Positions 25,230-37,706 are shown, counted from the stretch's first letter. The stretch: DNA of 37,706 nt from Octopus bimaculoides (GCF_001194135.2 NC_068990.1:38400791-38438496); one strand, 5' to 3'. The notes: generated by a model from the sequence alone, not told the origin. Translations and numbers: made by a program.

Positions 25230-25717
25230 CTCAACATGATGAATTATTATAATAGGGCCTGTCGAGAAAATCTATTTGTTCAGCTTCCCAACTGTAAAAT
25301 AACTACAAAATATCCGCCAAACCATTATTTTATCTATTTACCTCTACTTCTCCTTCCACCTTTACTTCTATATATTTTCTGTGTATTCTTTTCTTTTACT
25401 CTTCTTTATCATTTATTATTCGTATTATTATTATTTGGCGTTATTTATTTTCGTCCTCATTCAGATTATCTGCGAATCTATATCTATCGCTTTGGCGCAA
25501 TTGGCTACAAAACAAAGTATTTAGATGATATTGTTGGTCAGGGTGGCGTTTGGTAGGAGAGAAGTAATGTTAAGGCTGAGTTCTTTCAGCAGAATGGCAG
25601 GAACTAACTCATAACTTAAACGAGGCATAAGAGTTTTTTACTCTCCCCTCACCACTATACACCTTACTACATGCGCTTTTTGCAGTTCAAACACATACAA
25701 ACTACTACCATACTCAC

Positions 25718-25849
25718 TATCATCAACGTGAGAAGTATTGTAACAAACAACAGACACAACCACCGTTGGATTTACTGGTTTTTCGGCCTTCTTCTTAATC
25801 CTTCGAAAATACCAACAGGCATGGATGAGTTCCTTCGCTCCAGCAGATC
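25718..25849 (-). CDS. Candidate 132-nt exon (phase 1-1), product unidentified
   Basis: Long T-rich tract plus ATTGATTGTTAG acceptor, donor A/GTGAGT, open frame GSAGAKELIHACWYFRRIKKKAEKPVNPTVVVSVVCYNTSHVDD. Confidence 0.3.
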
Positions 25850-26978
25850 CTAACAATCAATAGCAACTGAATGAAAGTAGAAATAAATAAATAAAACAAC
25901 TAGATAAATTAATAAAACCACTGGTCAGAATGCAGTCAGTTGTTGCTGACAAATGCCAATGGTGGAATGAAGATTAAAATCATGATAATTTAAAGTTTTA
26001 TATGCGTGGCCTTATTTTTGAAATGAGAAATTCATGACCTTGAGTCTGTGAGAGTAGCAAAGCATTTGAGATGAGGTTTTAGCTTAATGATCCGTGAGAC
26101 TAACCATAGACGATTTCAGCTTTGAAAGCCTTATAAACTGGAGCAGATTAACTACTGAGAGTGTTTGGAGAAAGGAGAAAGAAAATAGCTATTTTTTGCT
26201 CATGTTGTGTGTTTGGTCCATATGGCTGAAGGCTTTTGTTGTGCATGGCCTGAGTGGCACACTTAGGTAATATGCATACAAATAACTCTTTTAATCTGTA
26301 ATCCATGTTTCACAGCGCAAAACAATATCAGAATAGTTAAACAGACAGGACAAATGTATGTATGCTTGCACACATGCATGCATGTGTGCTTGTGTTTGCC
26401 TGATTGGATTGGATATATGTGTGGGCGCATGTAAGCGTGCACTTGTAATGTTTATGTGCAACTCATTGAATTACATTTTAAATATACAGAATAGTTTACA
26501 CATGTAGAAATCGATTCGTATTATGCTCTTTGTTTCATTTCTTTCTATTCATTTAAATACTGCCATTTATTTTTCATTCACCTATTTCACTTTTGCGGAT
26601 TGGTTAATTCTGAAAATGTTTATGCGTTCAATAATTTTCCGAGGCGGTTGCAGTAGTCTTCTGATCAATTTTGACTAAACCTTCTCAGACACAACGTTCA
26701 ACGTGACATAGATAATCTGCAGAGAATTGTTGTTCAAAAATCTCCATCTACCCAACGTTTTGTAACCATGACTTCTGGTTGTTGTTTTAGGTGTTAAACA
26801 CTTCTCGAACGAGTTCTCGTCTACTAATTGCTTAGAGAATAGTACATGACCGATGGGTATAACTCCCTATTTTACACATGTTCACCCAATCATATTGTAT
26901 ATATTATGCACAACGTTTCTTTGAGTTATTTTTTTCCACCCAGTATACTTTCATGGTTACATTTTCTAACTTTCTCTT

Positions 26979-27051
<73 letters not shown>

Positions 27052-27139
27052 NNNNNNNNNNNNNNNNNNNNNNNNNNNNNNNNNNNNNNNNNNNNNNNNN
27101 NNNNNNNNNNNNNNNNNNNNNNNNNNNNNNNNNNNNNNN

Positions 27140-27185
<46 letters not shown>

Positions 27186-27343
27186 TATATATGTGTGTAA
27201 ATATATATGTGTGTGCCTGTCCTTTTCTCTGTGTGTATGATTGTGTGTGTGTGAATGAGAAAAAGAAGAAAATGGAGAAATTGTCATATAGACATCAATT
27301 AATTAAAAGATATTCAGATCAATATGATATAAAATTCTTATCC

Positions 27344-27539
27344 CTACAGTGTAGAGCTTATCCCGTACGGGTAGCGCTTCTCGATAGCACTGCCAGTCCA
27401 GGGATCTCTGGAAGTTGTCACCCCGAGATCGTCGTCGTACCTACTCTCCACCAATCCCCTATACAATGATTTGGTTATGTTGCAGTCACTCGAGGTCGAC
27501 CCGGGACGGCATAGTTGCTCGAGAGCAGCGTGACACTTG
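27344..27539. CDS. GC/CpG-rich unique segment, candidate terminal exon; strand unresolved
   Basis: About 55% GC and about 14 CpGs in 190 nt by hand count. Minus: acceptor CCTTTCTTGTAAG then KCHAALEQLC...EKRYPYGISSTL*. Plus: acceptor TCCCTACAG and open frames. Confidence 0.35.
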
Positions 27540-28135
27540 CTTACAAGAAAGGATGATGTCAACAACTTCTAATCGGAAATATACACTGAGGCAACAGTGT
27601 GTCTTAAATGTTTCCCAGCTTAAACAATTTCATTTAGTATGGACTAAAGCTGAGTCCATTCCCGAAGAAAGTTGTCCTCCAAGGAAGAGAAACACATTCT
27701 GTCTAATGAGTTGGGACAGCTAGAGAAATTTCAATGGGACATCAGCCGATTATTATAGACATAATTATTTTGTTTTTAACGTAGCATTTGCGCGAAAAGG
27801 ACAAGCAAAAATCCTGTAACAAACATTGTTTCTTAAGCTCAACCACATTACATAGGCTTGCATAATACAATAGTGACAATGAGGTTCTCAGACTGGACGT
27901 TGTTCTCTTGTATGCTTTTACTTCTATAACGTAAACTGGATACCTTATGCATGTAGAGGTTACAGAATATGATATTTGGTCTAGACGTGTCACCAAGAAT
28001 ATTAATGGACTAACCAAATAACAATCTTCTTGTGGGGTATGAAAAGCAATAAACCTGGCTCCACTGGATAGTCCAGCCGTTAGCTTTGTAGCAATTAGGG
28101 GCGCTTAAATTTCTCTTATCCTAAAGAAAAAGGGA

Positions 28136-28145
28136 AACCAATCAG
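28136..28145 (+). promoter_or_regulatory. Possible CCAAT (NF-Y) box
   Basis: AACCAATCAG matches the RRCCAATCAG consensus, ~600 bp from the CpG-rich segment; a single short motif can arise by chance. Confidence 0.15.
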
Positions 28146-28700
28146 AGGGAAAGGACGAATATTGACCAAATAAAAAACAAACACAAAGATAATACTTGTA
28201 GGTCTCTAGAGACACTGTAGCCATTTGAACCACATGAACAGATGCATTGTTTTTTTATCAAACACATTACAAAGAAGAGGAAAATACCGATCCTCCACCA
28301 CCAACATCAATATGATCAGCCGACACATGAAAAGCGCATAAAGACATACAAACCAATTCTGCACTCCATATTTTAAGAATAAAAAATTAGATATGATACA
28401 TAGAAGAACATGCATTAGTTATGGTATTGATATTTTTCCATAACTCAGAACAGGTTTTCATGATGTAAACCTAGCTTATGCTTTTAGGCATGAACTCCAT
28501 TAATCTTCTCTTATTTTTAGTGCACTTTGTGTTATGTATTGGATTTTTAAAAATTGGTATTTTGTGGTTTCAATAACGGGAATGATACTATAGGAAGGCA
28601 CCCGTTCAAATTTCGTTTAGTCCATGATACAGACAGAACTAAGTCTAAATTTAGACTTGTGTTTATTATGTACAGATGTATTTAATCCAATGCTAAGGTA

Positions 28701-29028
28701 CATTTTAGTAAATAATAGAACTTCGCAGTCATTACCACGGGTGTTCATGTATATAGTTACATGCATATATGTGTATGTGTGCACGTACGTTTGTATGTAT
28801 GTGTGCATGTACGTAAATATGTGTGTATGTGTATATACATACATACATACATTATATATATATATATATNNNNNNNNNNCATTTTAGTAAATAATAGAAC
28901 TTCGCAGTCATTACCACGGGTGTTCATGTATATAGTTACATGCATATATGTGTATGTGTGCACGTACGTTTGTATGTATGTGTGCATGTACGTAAATATG
29001 TGTGTATGTGTATATACATACATACATA
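28701..29028. other. 149-bp exact direct repeat flanking a 10-N gap, probable contig-overlap artefact
   Basis: 28701-28849 is identical to 28880-29028. Confidence 0.85.
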
Positions 29029-29051
29029 TAAACACATATCATATATACATA

Positions 29052-29849
29052 CAGGCTTGCGATGGGTGAATTGTCGCAATTATATATTTCTAATTTCGCG
29101 CATTGTTTGATTTTGATTTTGTCGACAACACAGTATAGTAAGCACACCTGTCATAAAAACAGCACCATGATGCAATCACTCTGCCAGAAATTTGGAAACA
29201 ATATGCTGTAGTGTTAGGGTGTCAATCTGAGGACAGTGCAATCTGAGGACATGTACCAAGAGTGATAAAAATCAAACATCCAGTCAACATCATGGTGTTT
29301 CGAGTGATTACTAGCGATGGCAGAGTTATGCCTCCATTCATCTTCTCACATGGCCTTAGACTGAACACGGAGGTGTACATCAAGTGCCTTGAGGAGGTAG
29401 TGCACTCTGGGTCAAGAGGGTGGCTGCTGGAAGACCCTATGTCTTGCAACACACATACGGAGAACACAGTCATGGCTGCCAGACAATTTCTGGTCACCTA
29501 ACTCTCTAAACTGCAACCCCCTTGATTTTCATATGTAGGGCGGAGTTGAGCGAGAGACCATCAATAGTCCTTGTAACACAAAAAAAAAACAAAGAAAGAA
29601 AACAGAACGCACGGATTATGGCAGCATTCACCAACTTAAACAAGGAGATCGTCCAGAAAAGTTTGCAGGAAATTCCGTAGTCGTCTGGAGGCCGTGGTGG
29701 AAGTCAATGGCAGTTATATTGAATAAGTTCACTTTTTAGTATTTGAAGATATTTTTATGTAATTTTGGTAACTATATCTATTAAAATGAGTTGTCAGTGA
29801 TATTTTTATTTTTGCGTAATTTCGACGGCAATTCATTCACTGCACCCTA
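29052..29849 (+). mobile_element. Internally deleted Tc1/mariner-superfamily element, DDxD type (maT/DD37D-like)
   Basis: Fragments TLPEIWKQYAVVLG, GVNLRTVQ, VPRVIKIKHPVNIMVFRVITSDGRVMPPFIFSHGLRLNTEVYIKCLEEVV, WSPNSLNCNPLD, ARIMAAFTNLNKEIVQK, FRSRLEAVVEVNGSYIE* (stop 29724-29726); imperfect TIRs with TA at 29050-51 and 29850-51. Confidence 0.88.
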
Positions 29850-31297
29850 TATATACGCGCACACATATGGGGCTCAGGTCATCGCCTCAGATTAAATATA
29901 ACGTATTTTCGATATCTGAATTGGATAATTCTTCAGTGCTCATGCGCTAAGGATAGTCTATTTTACTATTGTGTGACATATCTTATGCGCTAAGGAGAGT
30001 CTATTTTGCTATTTGTTTGACATACCTAGGTAACCCTCTTTCGTTCGGAGATTTTGATGTTAAAATTTTGGGTTAACATTTCTGATTTAGTAGTAAATTC
30101 TAATCATAAAATTCATTAGAAATAGAACTTTGATGCAAGAAAGCCATGCAGACCTCCTTACAGGTCTTGAGCCTTTAGATTATTGTTTATATAGCGATAC
30201 GTTTGCCTGTTTAACTACATGAGATGTCTCTGTATTGTGACTTGTAATGCGATAGCCTAATATGATACATAATCGTTGCTAAAATTCAGTCTGTAAATCC
30301 CTTATGTGTCAGACTTCTCTGATAAGGTCTAATAACATAAATAGTTGAATTTAACTCATGAAACTTACAAACTGTGAGGAAGATTATTCTGCCAATGGTG
30401 ATGATTAAATACGCACAAAATTTGATGTACTTCATTATTCATAGAGAATAAGTTTATGCAAATCGAAATGTGTCCCTTTATATTTAAACTGTCAATTTAT
30501 CACATATCTGGTCCCCAATCGATGTTTTTGGCATTATTTCCATATGGCTATAAAGGAAAGTCAATTGATACAGACCTACCAAATAATCACCAACGGCTCA
30601 GAAATACAAAAAAGAGAAAATTATGGGATGCTGTCTTCCTTGCGTAAACAGTACTACATGGTTGCTATCACTCAAAATGATTGTTCTTGATTTCTCTATT
30701 CAACATTACTGGGGTTATTTAAGATGTTGAGAATATTAGAAATAATTAAAACCTTCATTTTGATATCTAAATACGCAACCATTGCAGCCTGATAATTCAT
30801 ATTTAGATTTCATGTGAAATATTTATGAAGTTAAAACATATATCAAGATATCCACTTTGACCAAAATTAGACATCTGGGTTATCTGTTAAAAATCTCTTA
30901 ATAATTGGTATTGTACAGAGAAGTAACTCGGTGAGAACGGTGAAGATGACAGTATGTAATAAATAATTATTTCACTCTTGACCAGTACCTCATATGTAGA
31001 CGGTATAATGCATACAAATAATAATAAACGCTTAACTTTGCAAATCTATGAAACCCGCATTATAAATGATAAAGAACAAATAGATGGACATAGAAATTGC
31101 ATTCTCATATGAAAGAAATATGTAAATAATATAGAAATAAATAAGTAAATAAAAGCATTATTATTATTGTTACTATTATTATAAAAGTTATAAGAAAATA
31201 AATCTGGCCATCAGAGCTGCTGTTTGTCAGCAATGCCAGCTCACGTCGGAAATATTTGTCTACGGAATGGCTTGTGTTTCCATTGCCATTGATACAG

Positions 31298-31365
31298 GTC
31301 ATTAGAATGGCATGGGAGGATAAGGAAAATGGCATTACTTTAAGTGACAGAATCAAATACGAATG
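31298..31365 (+). CDS. Candidate 68-nt exon, product unidentified
   Basis: Acceptor TTTCCATTGCCATTGATACAG/G, donor ATG/GTAAGA, one open frame VIRMAWEDKENGITLSDRIKYE. Confidence 0.3.
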
Positions 31366-31450
31366 GTAAGAATGACGGGGAAAGATGGTTTTTGGAGAAG
31401 CCATTTACAATATAAATATCTTCTACGGTATTAAACTTTTGATATTATTT

Positions 31451-31453
31451 TAC

Positions 31454-31524
<71 letters not shown>

Positions 31525-31525
31525 T
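31451..31525. repeat. (ATT)n microsatellite
   Basis: Directly visible. Confidence 0.95.
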
Positions 31526-32269
31526 ATGTCCATTTTCATTTTCTATAAGTTGGAATTAGATAGAGAGCGGAGATCTTTGGATTATTATTTCNNNNNNNNN
31601 NNNNNNNNNNNNNNNNNNNNNNNNNNNNNNNNNNNNNNNNNNNNNNNNNNNNNNNNNNNNNNNNNNNNNNNNNNNNNNNNNNNNNNNNNNNNNNNNNNNN
31701 NNNNNNNNNNNNNNNNNNNNNNNNNNNNNNNNNNNNNNNNNNNNNNNNNNNNNNNNNNNNNNNNNNNNNNNNNNNNNNNNNNNNNNNNNNNNNNNNNNNN
31801 NNNNNNNNNNNNNNNNNNNNNNNNNNNNNNNNNNNNNNNNNNNNNNNNNNNNNNNNNNNNNNNNNNNNNNNNNNNNNNNNNNNNNNNNNNNNNNNNNNNN
31901 NNNNNNNNNNNNNNNNNNNNNNNNNNNNNTATATATACATATGTATATATGTGTATGTATGTATATACGTATATATATATATATATATCTGTATATATGT
32001 ATATATATATATAAAGTATGTGCGTGAGTCTAATATATATTTGCATTAATATGTTCAGAAATAGTATGAGAATATAAAGATACATTGTAATGGATTAGAT
32101 TCTGGTTTTGGTCACCAGCATGGTACAGAGATTGACTGAGAATGCTAATATATTCACAATGAATGTATAGTAGAAGCGGCTTAAGTCTTGCCGAAAACAA
32201 AAACACACAAACAAAAAGGTAACAACAGACACAAATAACGAACAATAACATCGACGACGAGAGCAGCGA

Positions 32270-32417
32270 CAACAACTACATATCTACAGAAACAATAACA
32301 TCAACCGTAACACTAACATTATTAATAGTATCAACGTCAACAAAAACAATAAGCAAAATTAAAACAACCACAATGATGACGATGGTGATGATAATGATGA
32401 TGATAGTAATAATAATG

Positions 32418-32496
<79 letters not shown>

Positions 32497-32513
32497 TAAC
32501 AACAACAACAATG

Positions 32514-32547
<34 letters not shown>

Positions 32548-32617
32548 TGATAATAATATTAATAATAATAACAATAACAACGATGATAATAATAATATTA
32601 ATAATAATAATAATAAC

Positions 32618-32670
<53 letters not shown>

Positions 32671-32715
32671 TAATCATAATAATAATAATAATTATGTCTC
32701 AGCAATAACAATAAT
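32270..32715. repeat. Long (TAA)n microsatellite with CAA/TGA variants
   Basis: Directly visible; source of poly-I and poly-L ORFs. Confidence 0.95.
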
Positions 32716-33332
32716 GTCTCAAAGCAAAAAATAAAATAAAATGTGACAAATAAATATGCAAAACGAAAAATCCAGTGAACTTTCCTAATGGTCCGTTGTA
32801 GAATCAAAGCTTCGACTAAGAATATGAAACTCGCTTTTTATTTTGACATTCGTCTGACTAGTCGTCATCGTTGTTGTTGTTGTTGTCATTGTTGTTATAG
32901 ATAGTTGTTGCTGTTGCAGCAGTTGCTGTGGTGGCACTATTAGTATTGGTAGCTATGGTAATTGTTGTTGTATTCGTAGTTTTTTTTTTGCTACGTTTTG
33001 TTTATATTATATTCGTTGAATATTTTGTTGATTATTTTTTCTTTTTCGTTTCGTTTTTGTTATTTTTGCTTCTTCTTCTTCTTGTTTGTAATTTGTGCAG
33101 TTTTCTTTTATTGTTTGCTATTTTGCTGTTATTATTGTTGATGTTGTAATTGTAAACTTTTGTTGCTGCTATATTTCTATATTTTCTGCGAATTTAATCA
33201 TACCCACCGCACATAAATACATACATATATTTATGTGAATATATACATACATGTATACTTACATAATATGCATAGCCATAAATATGTATATACGTATATG
33301 TATATGTCACTCTATGTATATGTATAAAAATG

Positions 33333-33406
<74 letters not shown>

Positions 33407-33943
33407 AACCTTATCGTTGTAACTCTTCCTGTGCGTAATTATTGTTGTAGCTCTGGCTTATTTTTCTTTGTGTTAGGGTTATACAGCTCTCATGGAAATT
33501 TTTACATTTTATTTATACTTTCTTTCTCATAATATTTCTTTGTTATTTTATTTCTTTTCGGAAAGGTCTTTACGCATGAGTTTCAAGTATTTTTTTTTTG
33601 TCTTCCTTTAGTTTCCTGAAATTCGGTATGGCACCCTCCCCTTCTCAAAAACACCATATCTAATCTTCTTCATGGGGCTTATGACAAATATAAACCTAAT
33701 AGCAGAAAACTCCGGGAGCTGACTCATTGAACTCAAAAGGTTTTGCCTTTCTTTCCCACTGTGTGGTTTGGCTTCACCCTCATGGGATAAAACTGTGACA
33801 TGAGACATCGGACATTAAACTCAAAAGAACCAGCTTGATATTGATATTGAAGTAATTACAACGCCAGTAAAGCCACTTGCTTTACATGAAAAATATTAAG
33901 ATTGGCATTATATTCTTTCTTTCTTTCTTTCTGTCTAAATATA

Positions 33944-33985
<42 letters not shown>

Positions 33986-34889
33986 TATGTGTTCGTAAGT
34001 ATATATTTATATGTTTGCTTATTTATGTGTATTTATTTATCTTCTTCTGTGTATATTTCCGTACTTATTGCGGTGCTGTTTAGTTTGTAATATTGTTTTT
34101 TTTGTAGTTGTTAGTTTGTTGTTGTTGTTGACACGGCAGTTGTTTCTGTTGCTGTTGTTGATGGGGGTAGTGACGATGCTGGTCGTATTGTCAATGTATT
34201 ATTAGTGTCGGTGGCAGTAGTGCTGAGATGGAGCGTGATACCATACTTGGTGAAGGAAGCGAAACAATATTTAAGTGTTTTAAGATCCAAGAGTGAAAAG
34301 CTAGATAAAATTCCAGCTGTATGTATATGTGTGCTTGCGTGTTTTTGGCATATCTGGGCGTATTTCCGTTTCTCGGTGTCTCTGTCAGTCTATGTCTATT
34401 CCACAGAATCTCTAATTTTCTAAGAGTTGTCTATCACCTGATGGAAGTGATGGACGGACGAATAATGCCGTCTAAGAAATACATTGTTTCATCTTGTGCA
34501 CCAAGAGATAGAAGGATTTGAAAAAAATAATAAAAAATTAAGGCGGATAAGGTAGTTTAAGCAACGTGTTTGAATGCAACTGATTCTACGAGAAATAATT
34601 CCATATAAAAATTCGTCGTCAACGAATGTTCTAGCCATTCTGTTATTTGCTTGGTTTTGCTTTTAATTCCCAAAATTAGGTTTTGCTTGTACAAGTATTA
34701 CAGCCTAGGTGTATGGTTGTATACATATGTGTGTGTGTGTGTTTGTGTGCGTATATGTGAGTATGTATATGTATATATATGTAAGTATATATTTATGTGT
34801 TTCTTTTTATATCTGTAACGTCTATCTATCGATCTCTCTCACTTTCTTTCTATATCTGAATGTGTTCATCTGTGTGTGTTTGCGTGTAT

Positions 34890-35003
<114 letters not shown>

Positions 35004-36259
35004 AACAAGATAATGGTATAAGCATGCATGTATATACATGCGCATATATACGGTGGGGTGTTGGGCGTAGTTATCCGTCAAACTGTCACAATATTGAGAA
35101 GTTATCTCAATAAATTACTGGTATTTGCTGTATCATCATTGGAAAATAAAGATGACAGCTTACGTTGACTTGGATGGATCTAATGCTAAGCTTTACTGTA
35201 TTCATCAAAAGCATCTTAACCCTTCCATTGGGATTTTGAAATATAAGCAAACATAAATGCAGTGTTAAGGTCTAAAGTGAAATTGAGGGATTTTGAAATC
35301 AGGGTGCATTTCTTCTTATTCATATAATCATTAGCTTTAAGGTTTAATCTAGTAAGAAGCTATATTATGGACAGTTGTGCGTAGAAGCAGTCCGGGGTGG
35401 GGTAGTATAAGTACTGTTTCTGAAGGAAAAGCGATGCATCATTTCATTTTTATTGTGGTTGAGGGATTTAATACTGGAATGCGTATGGCAGAGACAAAAT
35501 CAATGAAGACATAGGAAAGAGAAGATCAAATCTTATTTGTAAATGATGGGTCTCATATACATGATGATGCTGGATCAGGAAGGATACGAGTAAACAATAC
35601 ACAAATGGAAATTTGAAGTAGCAGAAAGTAAAACTACTGTTATGCTAATGGCTATAATGATAATGCGAAAGATGAGACTGTGGTCGTTGCTTAACCAAAG
35701 ACAACCATGATCAAAAGCATTCCAGTTGTCAGCGTCACATCTTTTCAATGGCATGTTAAAATGCTTTATCCTATGTGCAATTTTACTATTTAAAACGGTG
35801 AGATATAATTTCAGAGAGATTTGGCTGCGATTTCTTGCATGGTGACACTATTGGATACTTCTAGCACTGAATGAAAGTAATAGCATTTTTTTAAATGGCT
35901 TTGTGGTAGAGGGAATATTCTGTGATCATTATCCATTTGAAGATCTATGCATATGGATCGAAGAAAACAACGAAGATATGAAAAGAATTAGAATACCAGG
36001 ACCGAATGTTTGAATCGTGGTGAACCTCTTTTAAGGTAATGACGAAAAAAACCTGGGTAAATAAAACGAGTTCACGTCCATTTTCTGTGTAGCTGAAGAA
36101 ATGCTAAAACAAGGATAATTATTTAACTATGGTAAAAGGGAAAAGTTTGCAGTGTTCCAACGACTCTGTATCCCGATAAAAAAGAAAGAAATTTAGAAAA
36201 TTTTCGAGACAAAGTAAAAAAAAGTACACGTTGTTTAATTCGAAATTATAGTTGATGAA

Positions 36260-36414
36260 TATTTGCTTAAAAGTTTTGCTCAAGGCTACCAATTTTGGGG
36301 GAGGAGGTAACTTGATTACATCAACCCTAATGTTCAACTGGTTCTTCTTTCATCGACCCCGAAAGGATGAAAGTCAAAGTCGACTTTGACAGAGTATGAA
36401 CTCAGAGCATAAAC
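36260..36414 (-). mobile_element. SINE copy (family of 22345-22548), 5'-truncated
   Basis: Minus strand CTGAGTTCATACT...GTCGACTTTGACTTTCATCCTTTCGGGGTCGATG...CCAGTTGAAC...GATGTAATCAAG...CCCCAAAATTGGTAGCCTTG. Confidence 0.8.
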
Positions 36415-36471
36415 ATAGTTGATAAGAATTGGAAGTACTTGATATATACACACACATACACTCACATACAC

Positions 36472-36553
<82 letters not shown>

Positions 36554-36739
36554 TACTCTTTCTTATCACATTTGACTAGTCGTTATGCACCATCTTCAAT
36601 TATCTGCTATCTTCGCATACATGCTACACACTTCTGAGATGTTTTACAGAAACAACGATGCCTCATTCAATATTTTCTCATTTAAAAACTCTTGATATTA
36701 TATTTGCTACACGTTTTATAACTAAACTGTTTCATCACA

Positions 36740-37232
36740 TACATGTATTCGTAAACACATAAACAAACGCACATAATTATATGTGTACTTCCATAGGATT
36801 TGTTTCAATTCTGTAATGCACTATAGTATATATATATATATACGGATATATTAGTTAAATTTGCTGAATCCTAACATCTCAAGTTCTCTGCTTATGTATT
36901 TCTTATGTTGAATACAGGCATTCATGACGTCATGATGCTGGGTCATATTTTAAGAAATAAAGTATAAAACATATAACAAAGAATCAAATACAATTATCAA
37001 CCATTATAAAGGTCGCTAACTGACCCGAGTGACACATTTAATGTCTATCTATATGTTGCAATAGTTGCATTTTACGTCGGTAGATCGTTGGAAAAATGGC
37101 GCTTGGGTCTCCCATCATGACGTCTTGCATTATTAAGTTGATAACTCTTATAACTTTAAAAACTCCACACACATAAATGTGTATGCGCAACACAATCACA
37201 CACACCAAACACAAACGCACATATTTACATAT

Positions 37233-37272
<40 letters not shown>

Positions 37273-37457
37273 GAAGTTACACATACGCGCATATACATAG
37301 ATAATCATATATGCATAAGCACAAATATACACATACATATATATGTATGTTTAGGTACATGTATTCGTAAACACATAAAAAAAACGCATAATTATATAGG
37401 TGTACTTCCTTAGGATTCGATTCAATTCTGTAATGCACTATAGTATATATATATATA
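36740..37457 (+). repeat. Diverged ~100-bp direct repeat pair (36740-36840 and 37356-37457)
   Basis: TACATGTATTCGTAAACACATAAA...GTGTACTTCC.TAGGATT.G.TTCAATTCTGTAATGCACTATAGTATATA occurs twice with several differences. Confidence 0.85.
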
Positions 37458-37706
37458 GCATGCTATAGTGCATGTTACAATTATATACATACATACATGT
37501 CTGTGCGTGAGTGTTTGTGCGTGTGTACGGGCGTGAATGCGTGTGAGTATGCTTGTGTGCATATATATTTCTAACTAAACAAACTGAGCCATTGTAGTGA
37601 CTTGATACATTACCACATGACATATTTAAATAACAGCAAACGGGGCCATATATTCTAAAATAATTAGGGCCAAGATAATTCATGAGATCATTGTCGCACA
37701 ACGACT

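Noticed and set aside
25107-25258. Stronger acceptor at 25259 giving an in-frame TGA after Cys (SSC*AW), a possible selenocysteine
   Set aside because: No known Sec motif, no SECIS seen, and the phase does not match the upstream candidate exon.
26640-26830. Possible mariner terminal remnant
   Set aside because: Resemblance too weak; no transposase peptide or paired TIR found.
27489-27505. XhoI-SalI-SmaI site cluster resembling a vector polylinker
   Set aside because: Flanks do not continue as vector sequence; it sits inside open frames of a GC-rich native-looking segment.
34205-34521. Short plus ORFs with splice-like sites
   Set aside because: They start in low-complexity GTT/GAT repeats, and the phases do not join the other candidates without a stop.

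Overview
Eukaryotic, AT-rich, microsatellite-saturated animal DNA from a draft short-read assembly: 14 N-gaps (about 5.2 kb, ~14% of the window), most bordered by (TA)n-type tracts. The SINE types, a Tc1/mariner remnant and an L1/Tx1-like 3' end match repeats I recall from octopus genomes, so an Octopus-like cephalopod is inferred. I recognise no protein-coding gene, no RNA gene, no CRISPR array and no prokaryote-type system. Most ORFs in the track are microsatellite translations or N-run read-through. Well supported: several tRNA-derived SINEs (one intact with a 12-bp TSD, inserted into a decayed ~95-bp tandem array), a hairpin MITE, a mariner remnant retaining only the HTH region, an internally deleted DDxD (maT-like) element with TIRs and TA flanks, L1/Tx1-like and RTE-like LINE remnants, and two probable assembly artefacts. 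The most promising unexplained signal is a set of unique-sequence candidate exons with plausible splice sites and open frames (12.4, 17.8-18.0, 25.1-25.8, 27.3-27.5 and 30.6-33.7 kb). They could belong to unrecognised lineage-specific genes, but none is proven.
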